From Marsupella aquatica (Eukaryota > Plantae > Marchantiophyta): a DNA stretch of 64,000 nucleotides. The position numbers and the translations under genes are program-made. Shown one piece after another: positions 12,660 through 24,742 of this stretch. How positions within the stretch are numbered: position 1 is the first letter of the stretch; every line of letters begins with the position of its first letter. Under the pieces are notes generated by a model, which made no database searches, was not told the origin of the DNA, and was given only the letters and a program-made list of their open reading frames with translations. Location of the stretch: contig OZ316891.1 of NCBI GenBank assembly GCA_973895155.1, forward strand, positions 2,099,324 through 2,163,323. Direction: 5' to 3'.

Positions 12660-15483
12660 ATGACTGAGCTTCATACTCCAGGACTACCTGTGGCACTAGC
12701 GTCGACTGGAGGAGACGGCGAGGAGTCAATGTGGGGGTCGGATTGGGAGTCGGATTGGCTGTGGGAATCTGATTGGGAGTCAGATTGTGAGACGATGCCG
12801 GCTGTTGCAACGGAGCAGATAAAATCGGATTACGATTCTGAGAATGAAGTCTTGAGGGTGAAGTCCATGAAGAGTTTGACGAGCGATGACAGCCGTGGAC
12901 GACGCATTCCTCCGACTAAAGCTCGCAGGCGTGTAAACAGATCGACAGATGAGGATCTAGTTGGCTTGGATGATGATGATGAAGAACAAGATGAGGATGA
13001 TACTGATTCAGAATCCGAGGGTGGTGCTCCGGGGTTTGCCTGCCATTTTTGCAAGCTGAGGAATGGCAAAAGGAAGGTGCAATGCTCTCGCTGCCCCATT
13101 AAAGTCTGTGGCTTGTGCCTCCAGAATCGCAATGGTGAGCAGCTTGAAGTTGAGATACAGGAAGGTGTAAAGTGGGTGTGCCCAAAATGCAGGGCTGGAT
13201 GTGGTCCAGGCTGCAATAACTGGTGATCTGCGTCCTTTCTCCGTCTTTCAGTTCGTCGAAAATGATGAGCAAATAATTAGAGCATTCGAGTTCTATACCG
13301 ACCGTTTTGATCAGATTATAGAAGCCAACTTGTGTTCATGCCGGTGCCTGTTGAAGTGTCCACCAATACTCCACTACAGTGACGACATCAACCTGCAGCT
13401 ACTCGTAGGCAGCAACTATCTTCGAACATCAATCCAAAATGTTACCACTCTTTGAGCTCTCAGATTTGCCAAAATCTAGAAGAAAGCCTTGATTGATGTA
13501 CTGTTGCAGCACGAAATCCACAAATAATTGCATCTAGCGGAGTAGACCAGCTCGAACGTTGCGCAGATGACAATTTCTATCTGAACACCGGCATCTAACC
13601 TGAATCTTGTTGTTTGTGGCCTGCTGCTTATTCTGGAACAGCTGCACGTGTGCGCCGTGTAGAAAGAGTCAGGGTCTTGCTCCAGCAGGACAGGTCATCC
13701 GGGTTGCAAGGCAGGTTGGCTTCGACAATGTTCACGACTACCTCATCCATCGCCAGACCGGGGAGTCTCGTGACAAGATTGCCAAGAGAAAGAAGGGTAG
13801 AGGCTGGACAAAAGCCGGAGGTGCCATCATGAGCTCTTCCAGTACAGGCCTAATCGTTCCGAAATTGAAACCGGCACAACGCTGGACGGCAACTGACTGC
13901 AGTGTCCCTGCTACTATCGGTGGAGTTGAACGTTGGAACCAAAAAGAGGGAGTCTCATGGACAACTCCCACAGTCATCGGTGACATTATGAAGTCCACTA
14001 ACAACAATGTGAACCCAGGCGATGGAAAATCGGGGGCTGCCATAGTACCGTTCGGGTACCTCAGGCAGCCAGAAAATGGAATGAAGGCGTTCAAGTCCAT
14101 CAACGATGAGCGCAAGGAGCCTGTCAACGAGCGAAGGAAAGTGCTCGATCATGTCCTAGGACGAGAGGCACAAAAATCGGAGCGCATGAAATTAAGTCTG
14201 CAACAAGTTATCGACAGACTCCTGCATTCCGAGGATGTGTCTGAAGCTCATCGTGGTGGCATCGGACTGAAAAGGCGGAACAGAAAGCACAGAAAGTTGG
14301 GTAGAATCATGGAACCCTCCATGTTTAGAAACCGCAAGTCAAAAACTGGTACTGACACAAAACCTAGCGAGACGACTCCTGAGGTCCTCCCTACCGTAAG
14401 TACATTTCAAATATTCCTTTTCCTCGTCAACCATCATTTTTGTCTAATTTGCATATGGATCAAACAATTCTAATTTGCACATGGATCAAACAATTCTAAT
14501 TTGCATATGGGTCACACAATTGGGCAAGAGCCCATCTCTGGCGTGAAACCCATGGCTGATTTGGTTTCTCTCAGTACTTCAGAACTAATGCTTCGGCTTT
14601 GCAGCGTCCGTACATTCCAATTCCCTTCCACCCCCCCCATATTACGGCTGATTTTAATTTGTGGCCCTTAGGCATCAATTAAAGAGCACTTCAGATTCTC
14701 TCCAATACTAATACTTTGCCACCGGTATGTCAGGCCAAGCCTGGGCAAAACAGTGACAATCTTACCATGATCTGACTAGTGTTGTGAACTGATTCTTGAG
14801 TGGTAATACAGGTCAGAAATGGCAATGCTCAGAGTGACAAATGTTTGAAACAACAATCAAATCCTCCACCACGCGTGCAGAGTGTTCCTCATGGTCAGCA
14901 TGACCAACCCTCCTTGGAAACACCGATTCAATTGAAACGACCCATTACTTCTTTGCAGGCTTTAAGGAAAATCGGAATACTTCCCAAACGCACTCATGCT
15001 TACTTCGCTTCAGAGGAATCGTCACAGCAGCAAGGGCCAGCCATTGCACCTTCTCCTCTGCGTGACCACTCGAAGCAAAGCTTCAAAGAAAGTTCGAAAG
15101 TGGAGGCCACACCACCTCCAGTACGTCCATCTACCTCACCGGAATCTGGTTCGCAGGCCATATCATTGCGCCATCTCGAAAGGAGGAAGAAGATAGAATT
15201 TCGTTCGTGTTTGAAGTCTCATAATGCAATCCCTGTTTTACCTACCAGTGGCCATCTAGTGAAGGAGAGTATTCTATGGAGAGGCGGACTACGACCGATA
15301 CAAAGTGGGCCACAATCTGGAGTTGGACAATTCAGTGAGAAAAGATCTGTCGCCGGCTTCGAGTTGCCAAGGCAGAATGGGACGCAAAGTGGATTCGAGT
15401 CCTTCAGTCAGAAGGAAAAGTCGACTGGGTTTGAATCCTTCGACGGAGAGGGAAAGGCTGCGTTGTCTGCTCTAAAGACTTGA
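12660..15483 (+). CDS. CDCA7-like zf-4CXXC_R1 zinc-finger protein with acidic N-terminus and long basic/disordered C-terminus, 3 exons
   Basis: Exons ~12660 (or 12567)-13222, 13642-14395 and 14812-15483. Splicing rebuilds CHFC..CSRC..CGLCLQNRNGE..WVCPKCR..CCTCAPCRKSQGLAPAGQV..GFDNVHDYL, the zf-4CXXC_R1 signature. Start codon uncertain. Confidence 0.8.
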
Positions 15484-16066
15484 ACGTGACGTACTTTTTC
15501 TCCAACTCCTATCGATATTTTCTTCCTTGATCCCTTAGATGTGAAGATCATCCTTACTATATAAAAAGTTATGTGTCTTGGGTTGTAGCCCTGCTCACAC
15601 TTGTACTTGGATTCTGTACCTAGTCAAAGAACTTACAGTGAAGAAGGCAAACATATCGTACGAGGATCAAATGAATGGACAGAGAATCCTGGATAGGAGT
15701 CTTGCAACAAGGTCTTCCTTTTTAGGAAATAGGCTTTCGCACATTTGTTCTACAAAATATAATAGCGCTGATGAGATCTACACTAAGGAAGTGACACCTT
15801 TATATTTCATGTGCACGAAAGCACATTGGCCCATCTACTTTACAGAACGCAAAACAATCAACATTCATATTCTCGACCTCTAAACAACTGTCTGTATTTA
15901 AATTATAAGAAACGAATTCGGCACCAAGACTGTTACACGATAAAACTTTTGTGGAAAAACGCTTTGGCCCAGATCAATTGGAACTCAGACTATCAATCAT
16001 GGGGACAACTTGCACAAATGATTAACTGCTACGAGTAAATGACAACTCAGTTGGGAGGGTCCTCAA

Positions 16067-17910
16067 TTAGATTAGCTTGTACAGATCATCTTCAGATGCT
16101 TGCAACTGAGGGACCTTCACCTTCAGAGGGGGCAGAGAAGCCACTCCCAAGTCCGCTATTGATTTTTGTTGGGACAAGAACTCGATGTGCAAGCCATCAG
16201 TTTCTTCAGCGAGCCTGTAAAGAAGTTGGCCAGCACCAAAATTCCCAAGCAAGCGATAAGATTGCTCTGATCCATCCATTGTGATGCACATATCCTCTGA
16301 ACCTGGTAAAAACAAACTGAAAAGGTCATTTCATGGTCTCTTGACTATCACCGTCATCGCTGGCATTTCTAAGTCTGTATAGCAAACCAGCTTTCAAGAA
16401 ACGGCTGCAAAGCAAGGGTAACCGAGTTCTTGACGTACAGGCAGCATGTTCCAGCTGGGTATTATAGACAAATTCCAGCACAGCAGAAGCTTCCTGCTCA
16501 AAGTCATGCAGGGGCCCATAACCAAACTGAACGCGTCGAAGTTTTGTGAGTCCTTCACCTAATTCAACCATTGCTCCCTTGTGATTCTGCAATGGTGAAC
16601 ACAGGAATCGCAAAACAATAAATAAGCATGCTCCAAAACTGGATGAGGGATGCCAAGTGGATGGAAGATGATCGTTCTCATGGATCCACTTGGCTGAGAT
16701 TCACTTCGCAGAGCACAATTTTGTCAGCGAGGGAACGTGGTTTATCCTCAACTTATTCAAGTGAATTAAGGGACCAAATCCCCAGCCAACAATGCACTTC
16801 AAGACTGCTTAATGAGTTCAAGCATCTCTTCAACAGGAGTTACCCTTAATTTGATCGCCCTACAACCCTTCACCTAAGCATATCTCTCGAAGTTGATTTT
16901 TGAACAGAATTACTGTGTTGCATGGCTGAAAGAAAGTGATTCAAACCTGAACTCAGGAAGGTGTTCCAAGAGAGTGGATAAACAGTTACCTGATGAAGAA
17001 GGTGATAGAGTCCCACTGAACATTGAAGAATTCCATGTAATATGCTGCGTTGCGGGTCATGTGAATTGTTCCAAAGACTCTCCAGAACATCATGACATTT
17101 GTAGTACTCGCCAGCATTGAACAGCCTCACACCTTCCTTAAAACTGACTCCTAAGGCCTCCTCTTCGATCTCATCATCGTTCCATCTGTATGCAAGTGCC
17201 ACCACTGTTCCTGTGGGGGTATTTCTGTCCTTCACGATGTGACCTACATACAAGGAAGTACTCAGTTGTTGACATTGAGTTCAATCACAGACAAGCAGTT
17301 TGATTGCTTGACAATAAGACAATGGTGTTCACAAGGAAGACTCAAATGCATGTAATATCCACGAGGACACCAGTCACTACTGTAAAAGTCCTACAAAAGC
17401 AGTATTAGAGAAGACACACATCCGATTATTGGCGGTTGCAGAGGTACTATCCCAGAGGGTAGTAATGAATTTTGAGCTGTGATGGCCACGGGCGAAAACT
17501 TGATGGCACGTAGATCTCAAAACCTGAAATGCCATCAAGGAGGATCTCTCGGGCAGATAACAAAACGGATATCCAACAATGCTCACCTTTACCTCAATTG
17601 TCATCCATTGGGATTTTATCCTTGAATAAAGCTTTTCCACTACCCATATGTACAAGCTCACAACACCATACGCAGAGCTCACAGCCAGACGTAGAGCTCA
17701 TATAAATTTTGCAATAGCAGGAATGCGGATGCCATGGCATGCTGCAGTACCTGCGAGCAGCCTTCGTGGACGACAACAAATTAATTTTTTGGGCTGCTTC
17801 CTCTCCCCAGGAGACGAGGTTCGTAATACGTTCAAATCAGCTTTGAATTTTTCGTCGTTGAATGAAGATGACAGTCGCCCAGGGACCGGTGCGACTCTGC
17901 CAAGCCTCAA
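16067..17910 (-). CDS. DUF309-family protein (plant type, probably organelle-targeted); 5' end uncertain
   Basis: Exons 17243-16990, 16586-16439 and 16302-16067 give FKEGVRLFNAGEYYKCHDVLESLW..LHGILQCSVGLYHL..NHKGAMVELGEG..ACSEDMCITMDGS. A phase-compatible upstream exon ends at 17751, but no clear ATG was found. Confidence 0.8.
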
Positions 17911-18436
17911 CCCACTTTTTCAAACGGAGCATGGGTGTCAATTGGTCGACAACTAATCAGGAACGAGCCCTCGCATCTACATCGAGTAATTCCGAAGACA
18001 AAAGGGCTCACACCCTACCTATCTAGGGCTGGTGGAAGCTCACTCAACCTAACATCTCTATGAACGACACTAACCATCACCCTCGAAAGATTAATAAGAG
18101 CTACACTCTTCTCCACCAGGGCTCCCTTTGCAGCAGCAGGAATCACTACCAAACAGCAATTGTCTAGTCCATAAACCCATCTTCAAATCCATTCATGAGG
18201 GAAAGGCAAGTGATGGGTCACCTGAGGCCGGGCACCATGATCTCTCGCTCACTGCGTCTATTTCAATTTCATGAAGATGGGGACCGTATACGAGTTAGAG
18301 CACCATTCTCCCGTAAATGACGGCGAATTCCGAGCCCGTTGCTTCTGGCTGGTCACCAATTGACACTCACATCATTCTGACCTCCGAGGGAATAGTGTGT
18401 GAGCTAATGCTGTATGGTACAGTCCCACATCCTAAT

Positions 18437-19588
18437 TTGCGTGATCCATCATGCAACTTTTATACCATCACCCCTCAAGAGCTATTTGAGTTCTTCTAGA
18501 GATGGGAAATTTTCAATGTTACACACTTGTTCATTCTGCATCAAAACTCGATTTTCATTTGAGAAGGTACATATCGGTGCCCAAAGAGTACAATCGAACA
18601 ACATCTTACATGTAGGGGCATCATACAATTGTAAAATCAATCAAGCAGATATATTGTTCTCTTGGTCCCAAAATAAAGGAAAAAGTAATATTCGAAACAC
18701 ACCTTCATCAAATGCAGCCGGAGTTGATGAGGGATGACCCCCTCTCCAATGCATACCATTACAAATTGGGAATAATTTGATAGAACAGTGATTGCTGCCT
18801 GTTTCTTCTCCTATGCCTGCAAGCGCTTCGAAACTATAGTCAGCTAATTCCCACGCGCCCCTTACAAGAATCAAGCTTTGCTGAATATTGCAGTCTCCCT
18901 GCAGATGTGTGAAAACAGTACTTGAACAATTACACACGGCTGCTTAGGTCATTTTGAGGCCTTGTTTACAAAGCCACTGTTACATTCAGTCGCTCAGTAA
19001 TTAGGGTAAACATTGGCCTGATTGACCAAATTGTCGGTTCCTTCTCGAAGTGGAGTCCTTCATCCTCACACATTCAGTGGTCTACTCAGATGTGAATGTC
19101 TGAAGAAATCATGGTTTTCTACTTTCCCACTAGGCATAACTCTTATTATTTATTGATTGGAAAAAGATGATAAACAAGATCATGGTTTTCTACACATAAT
19201 TTTTAGTTTGGGGTTACTTAAATATATGTTTTAGGGTACCAGGTGGGATACTGGTTCTAACATAAATAGATATATTTAATAAAAAATATATTCTCTATTT
19301 TTAATATTAATAATATATTTTATTTTATAAAAATATATATTAAATTATATTTTATAAATATGAATTTATAATATCTATTTTTGTCTACATTTTTAAAAAC
19401 TTAGTAAATTTTATCAAAATATCTATTTTGAATCACATGTGATTCCTATGATCTTTTATCAACCCCCTGAGTTCTTAGCATCCTCTTCTAATCAATAAGT
19501 CACACTCAAAATTGAAGGCCTACGCTTGTAAGGCTTGCAACCTGTTGAGAAATTCCCATGGGAAAAGTATCGTCATTTGGGGAAACAC
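18437..19588 (-). repeat. Dispersed repeat, copy B (inverted), interrupted by an insertion
   Basis: High similarity to 714-1545 in opposite orientation; 19146-19472 is absent from copy A. Confidence 0.9.
19146..19472 (-). mobile_element. Small AT-rich insertion with TCTTA target-site duplication
   Basis: Absent from paralogous copy A. TCTTA occurs at 19141-19145 and 19473-19477, and the minus strand ends in A-rich CAATCAATAAATAA. Confidence 0.6.
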
Positions 19589-21144
19589 CACTATTCTATC
19601 TAAGGTCAATTTCACCCTAAGCCTACTAAGTCAAAAAGAAACCAAATTTGACCTAAGGCCCTACAAGTCTTCGTTTCTCCCTACTTAACCAAACGGGCTG
19701 ACAATTTTATTGAGAGATATTGAAGGAAAACTAGAGGAACATGTGTTTGAAATTGAGCTGAAATAGAGTTCTAAATTGTGAGCCAAATCTAAAACAGTAC
19801 GCAAATTTTATCTTAAGCAATCTTAGTTACCCTTAGCCAACTTTACCTTAGCCAACTTTACCTAAGCCAACTAAGTCAAAGCCAGAAATCCAGATCAGCC
19901 AGAATCCCTGCATTTCTTCATTTTTTCTGGACTTAGCCAAATTGGCTGAGTCCAGAAAGTTTGCTAAGAGGTAGAAGAAAGCTAAGGGAATCTTGAATTA
20001 GTTATAGCTCAAACTGAGTTCAAATTGTTAGTTAAAATTAAAACAATATCACAAGTTTCCTTAAGCCAATCTTACCCCAAGCTGACCTTAACTAAGCTGA
20101 CTAATCAAAATTGAAAAACTGAAATCAAGCTGAATCCTTGCAATTCCTCACTTTCTTCTTCTGTAATCAAATGGGCTGAGTAGGTTATTTTCAACAAAAC
20201 TACAATAACATAATAGAGTTGTACATAATGTGGCCAGATTGGGTGAGTAGGCAGAGTTCCAGGGAGAGTTGAGAGTGTCCCTCAGTTGAACTGCTCAGGA
20301 TTTGTAAGGGGCTGAAACTACCAGAAAAGTTTTGGGATGTGCTTTGCTTGATGTGATCAGACGTTTGGTTGGAGCAAAATGAGAACTTTGAGAATGATAC
20401 AACTTAGAGTTCACAGCACTGCCCCGATACCTCAACCAGAACTGAAGGAGTCAATGTGTGGTAGTGCAAGAATTTGTGGGGCTTAACAAGAGTGAACAGC
20501 GTTCATTTCAACTCCTTTATAACTCCTTCTTTATAACTTTCCCAAACCCCTCCCGGCCCAGTCTCGAACTCTCCCGAACCCGTCCCAGCCCACTCCCGGG
20601 TTTTTCACCAGATTCCCCCGGTTAGCAAGCTGGCCCCCCTGGTTTGGGGCCAGGTCCGGGGTCGGGGCCAGGTTGGGGTGTGGGCAGGTCGGGCCAGGCC
20701 GGGGCCTGGTTGGGCTCTGGACGGGTAGGGGCGGGGTGTGGGCTGGTCGGGGCCGGGGGAGTAGGGGTCGGGGTGGCTTGGACGACCGGGTGTGACACAT
20801 GTCAGATGTCGGGGTCCACACCCCTCATTTGTCGGACAAGTCCAATCCGGGTTGAAAGCACTTGGGGCTAGGGCCCTCAGGCCTTGTAGGGGGCAAGGCC
20901 CTCCCCAGGCTTACCTTACACATGAAACCAACTCCCAACAAGAAGCAGAAAAGGGGCTGCCACGAAGAGATGTTGCGGTGCGTTTGTGGCCTCAATCGCT
21001 CCATGAAACCCTTCCCCTAAGCCCTCTACAGTCTCCGGATAAACGAACGCTCCCCGGATGATGCGTGCAGGAGGCAGAGAGAAGGCGAAGAGAATATAGG
21101 AAGAGGAGCTCGACGAGATCCACGAAGCCGAAGGAAATCGAGCT

Positions 21145-22813
21145 ATGGCTGCTGCGTCCCCGATCTGCTGCTCCAGCAGTTCGCTTCGCCACTCGCCCGC
21201 CCTTTCGTCACCTTCTTTCCGTGCGAGAGCGGCTTCCTCGTCCCCCTCGTCCTCCTCGTCCCCCTCAGCGCTCGCCTCTTCGAGCTCGGCTTCATTTCGT
21301 GGGGTGCACAGCTACAGCCTGTCGTCAAATACTCTTGGTGGCCATCTTCGGAATGACAAGAGATTCACCTTCCGTGTGTAAGCTCCCGCCCCACATGTCT
21401 CTTCCCCGGTGAAGAAATTCAGGGATGGTGTTCAATTTCGTTCAAATTTGAAAGTCGAAAGTTGTCTCATCAGGAAAGAAATTGAGAATCAGTACGAATT
21501 GAATGTGATGTTGTTCTGGGCTTGGAAGAGGCTACCAGTTTTGAAGCTCTCGTATTGTGGGATGATTTCAGAAATGCTGGGGAATGGGGAGCAAGGGATC
21601 CCTTTCCGGCCGAAGTCGAGAGCAATTTTGGTGAGAAGACTCTTGGCAATGAGGGTACTGAGCATATTATACTAATTCCTCCCTCGCTGCTGGGATTGTC
21701 GGAGAGGAGCTGCACGCCGCTGGAGTCAGGGACCGTTCCTCTGTCTGAGGAGGAAGCCACGGCATTGCTTCGCAAGGTCTCTTGCGCTGAGCCTCACTTT
21801 ATTTCCTAGTGTTTCTAGCTCAATTCTCCCAAAATCATTGGCCATTTGCTTCTGGGTTTACCGTTCAGTGTGACTGGTTGCAGAGAAGCATTGAAATAAC
21901 AATTGCAAAATATGTGAGCTTCTGACGACGGTGTTAATGCAGGTATTATTTCAGCACAAAATACGTTCTTTCTAATTTCATGTGAAATCGGGTCTGTTTA
22001 CGATGATCCGGACAGGTTGTAGGGTGGAGATTGGCAAAGGACGACAATGGACTCAAAATCTGGACTGAATGGAAGCTGAAAGATTTTGGAGCTGGAATTT
22101 CGCTTTTCGATCGGATCGGAGCTGTCGCTGAAGCTGAAGGGCATTACCCAGAACTTCATCTTCAAGGGTTAAACACAGCTAGAGCAGAGCTCTTTACCCA
22201 GTCCATAGGTACGGTTGGACCCTGAACTGATACGTCTGGACTGCTGTATGTATGTTAATTTAACAAAGTAGTAGATAATCTAATTCTTCATGTATTTAGA
22301 AGAGAGAGTCCGTACTCAAATAGTTTGCCGGCTACAGGCAAGCTTGTCTTTTGTCTATTCATACCACGTTGAGAAGACTTTCCACGGCACGGCAGTTTGT
22401 CCCTTTTGACGCATGTGTTTTATCTTGGTAGCTTTTGAATTTGGTTTAATGGGAAGCTGAGCCGCGCAGTTGCCTTCTAAATAGTATACAGCCTGACAAT
22501 CGCAGCCTAGAAGAATCATTGAAACATAATGTTTCTGTCTAATTTAATTACACTATTCTTGTCTGTGTTGCTTTGGTGCATATTAACCATGACTTCTGGG
22601 ACGCTGCCAAGCCAGCCCCTGAATGAAGAAATTTGAGTCTTCGGACTTGCAGGTAATAGATTGTCGAAGAAGTGCAAATGTATTCCATGTGCTTACTACT
22701 GAGTGTCTGACTTTTTTGTAGGTGGTCTGAGCATGAACGACTTCATCTTTGCTGCAAAGATTGATAAGATCAAGACGTCAGATCTTGTAAAAAAGAACAG
22801 ATTTTGGGCTTAA
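21145..22813 (+). CDS. RAF2: Rubisco accumulation factor 2 / pterin-4a-carbinolamine dehydratase-like chloroplast protein, 4 exons
   Basis: Exons 21145-21377 (Ser-rich transit peptide), 21572-21776, 22016-22208 and 22722-22813. Motifs GARDPFPAEVESNFGEK, AEAEGHYPELHL and GGLSMNDFIFAAKIDKIKTSDL..RFWA* match At5g51110/RAF2-type proteins. Confidence 0.88.
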
Positions 22814-23639
22814 GCTTGTTTCTGATATCATCATACAGATATCTGACTCGACCATTGTTATTAGGGATTCGACAATGGCTGATTGGAATTTGTTTTTGTC
22901 ATCGGTACAAGACAGTGCCTTGCATTGAGCTAGCAGTTACAGGATTCAAGTTTATAGCCTTGAGATAGACGCTAAGGACGATGCCAACGCACCATTTGCA
23001 TCTTTCCCCCAACTGTAGGTGAGGGACTCCGGTATACAGCCCTTGCCCCTCTAGGCAGCTTTCTTTCCTGCTTAGCTTTTGTCTCCTGGAAAATTGGAAT
23101 GGGGCAGATGCTGCGGGTCATGATTATGTAACGTTGACACTCAAGAGTGCATTATGATTAAGATAAAAACGATGTTTAGAGAAATTGAGTATGGTTTGGT
23201 GATGTGCAACTGTGATTCTAAAATACGAACCAAGAAGGCTTTAGTATATGTGTCTCCCTGGAAACTTGGGAGGTGAAGCCATGAATGATCTCTACGGGTT
23301 CAAGACGAACCGGGTTTGCCGTCTCTCTCCCGCTTGCCTTGAATGAAATATAGGAGCCCATCACTGAATATAGTATACTTTGTCCCGGCTTGGGATATTA
23401 GTCAGAAACATGTCCAGCAAAAATCGAGCTTGAATGAGATTAATCTGTCAGCGATGTCTTGGAGATATTACCCTTCTCTTCCTGCATAGCTGGAGGACAA
23501 GTACAGTAGGAAGAAAACGTCAAGGTTTTAGTTTTCAAACTCTCATCTCGCCTGGCTTTTCATTTCTCCTCTTCTTTACCTCAGAACTACGCGAAGAACA
23601 TAACACTAATTCTGGCATAACACTAATTACGGCGAATAG

Positions 23640-23712
23640 TGTAGCTTATTAATTATTAGATCATAATCGAGTGCATGTAGCTTATTAATTATTAGCTCAT
23701 AATCGAGTGCAT
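23640..23712. repeat. Two-copy ~36-bp tandem repeat
   Basis: TGTAGCTTATTAATTATTAG(A/C)TCATAATCGAGTGCA twice. Confidence 0.85.
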
Positions 23713-24742
23713 GCGTCTTAGGAATGGAGTTGAGCCCTCGCAGGTGTGAACATGCTTGGTCATGCTCTGTTGTGCAGCTATCACACCATAACTAGGTTCG
23801 GACGAAAAAAGTGGACCGGCCACACCCACTCAAAGATGTCCTTCCCGACTCGAGGATTGGCTCGAATTGCTACCGAATCCAAACTTGGTAGTGTAAGAAG
23901 TGATGGGCTGCTCCTGGATAATCTTGACCGTTGTGCGTTCGGCCTGGTAGGGTCCTCGTCGCAGAATTAGATTGGTTGTAGGATTGAACATCAGACCACC
24001 TGAGATACTCATTGATGTTACTTGTTACCAGGGGCAAGGGTATATAGTCTGAAAACCTTACAAAATTCCAATCAGAATTTAAATACTCTTCACCAGGTGA
24101 TAGTGAGACGATAATTGATATTTCGGTTGGAATAGCAGCATGAGGTGACAGTCTCGTGCACCTTTCACAGTTTGAAAAATGCTTCCTCTCCTACTAGTGG
24201 CCATTTCTGGACTTGAGAGAGTCCAATTAACCTTGTTAAGTGAATCTTCCCCCAAAAAACTGGCCTTTTAAGACACCTGCAAAAGTTATGGGAACGTTCA
24301 TGGAACTGGACTCTTCGATTGTACAAATATTTCAGAGTGCCAAATCTTTTAGGGGAATTCCAAACACATCGATTCCCACCGTGACAAATTATCACATTCC
24401 TTGTGACGTGGGTTTGTTTCAATTTGTATTGGGGTTTGCAGTTTTACGCCTGTCTAGCACTACAGTAATGAGATTTTGATTACTTGAGATAGGTTGGGCC
24501 TATTTCTTCCACCTGGGCTTCCTCATCTCGATAAGTCGGGTCTGTTTCTCGTGTTGCATTCTGGTGAGACGGCCTGACAAATATTCTCATCTACTTTTTT
24601 ATTCATGTATGATAAGTTGTGTTGTATGTACAAGCCCTTCACAAGACTTAGACGTTAACGTCTACAATCAGGTACTGTCCAACCAGTGAAGGTTACCTTC
24701 ACTAGCAAAGGTACTGCATTCCCAAAGTGCTACTACCTGAAA

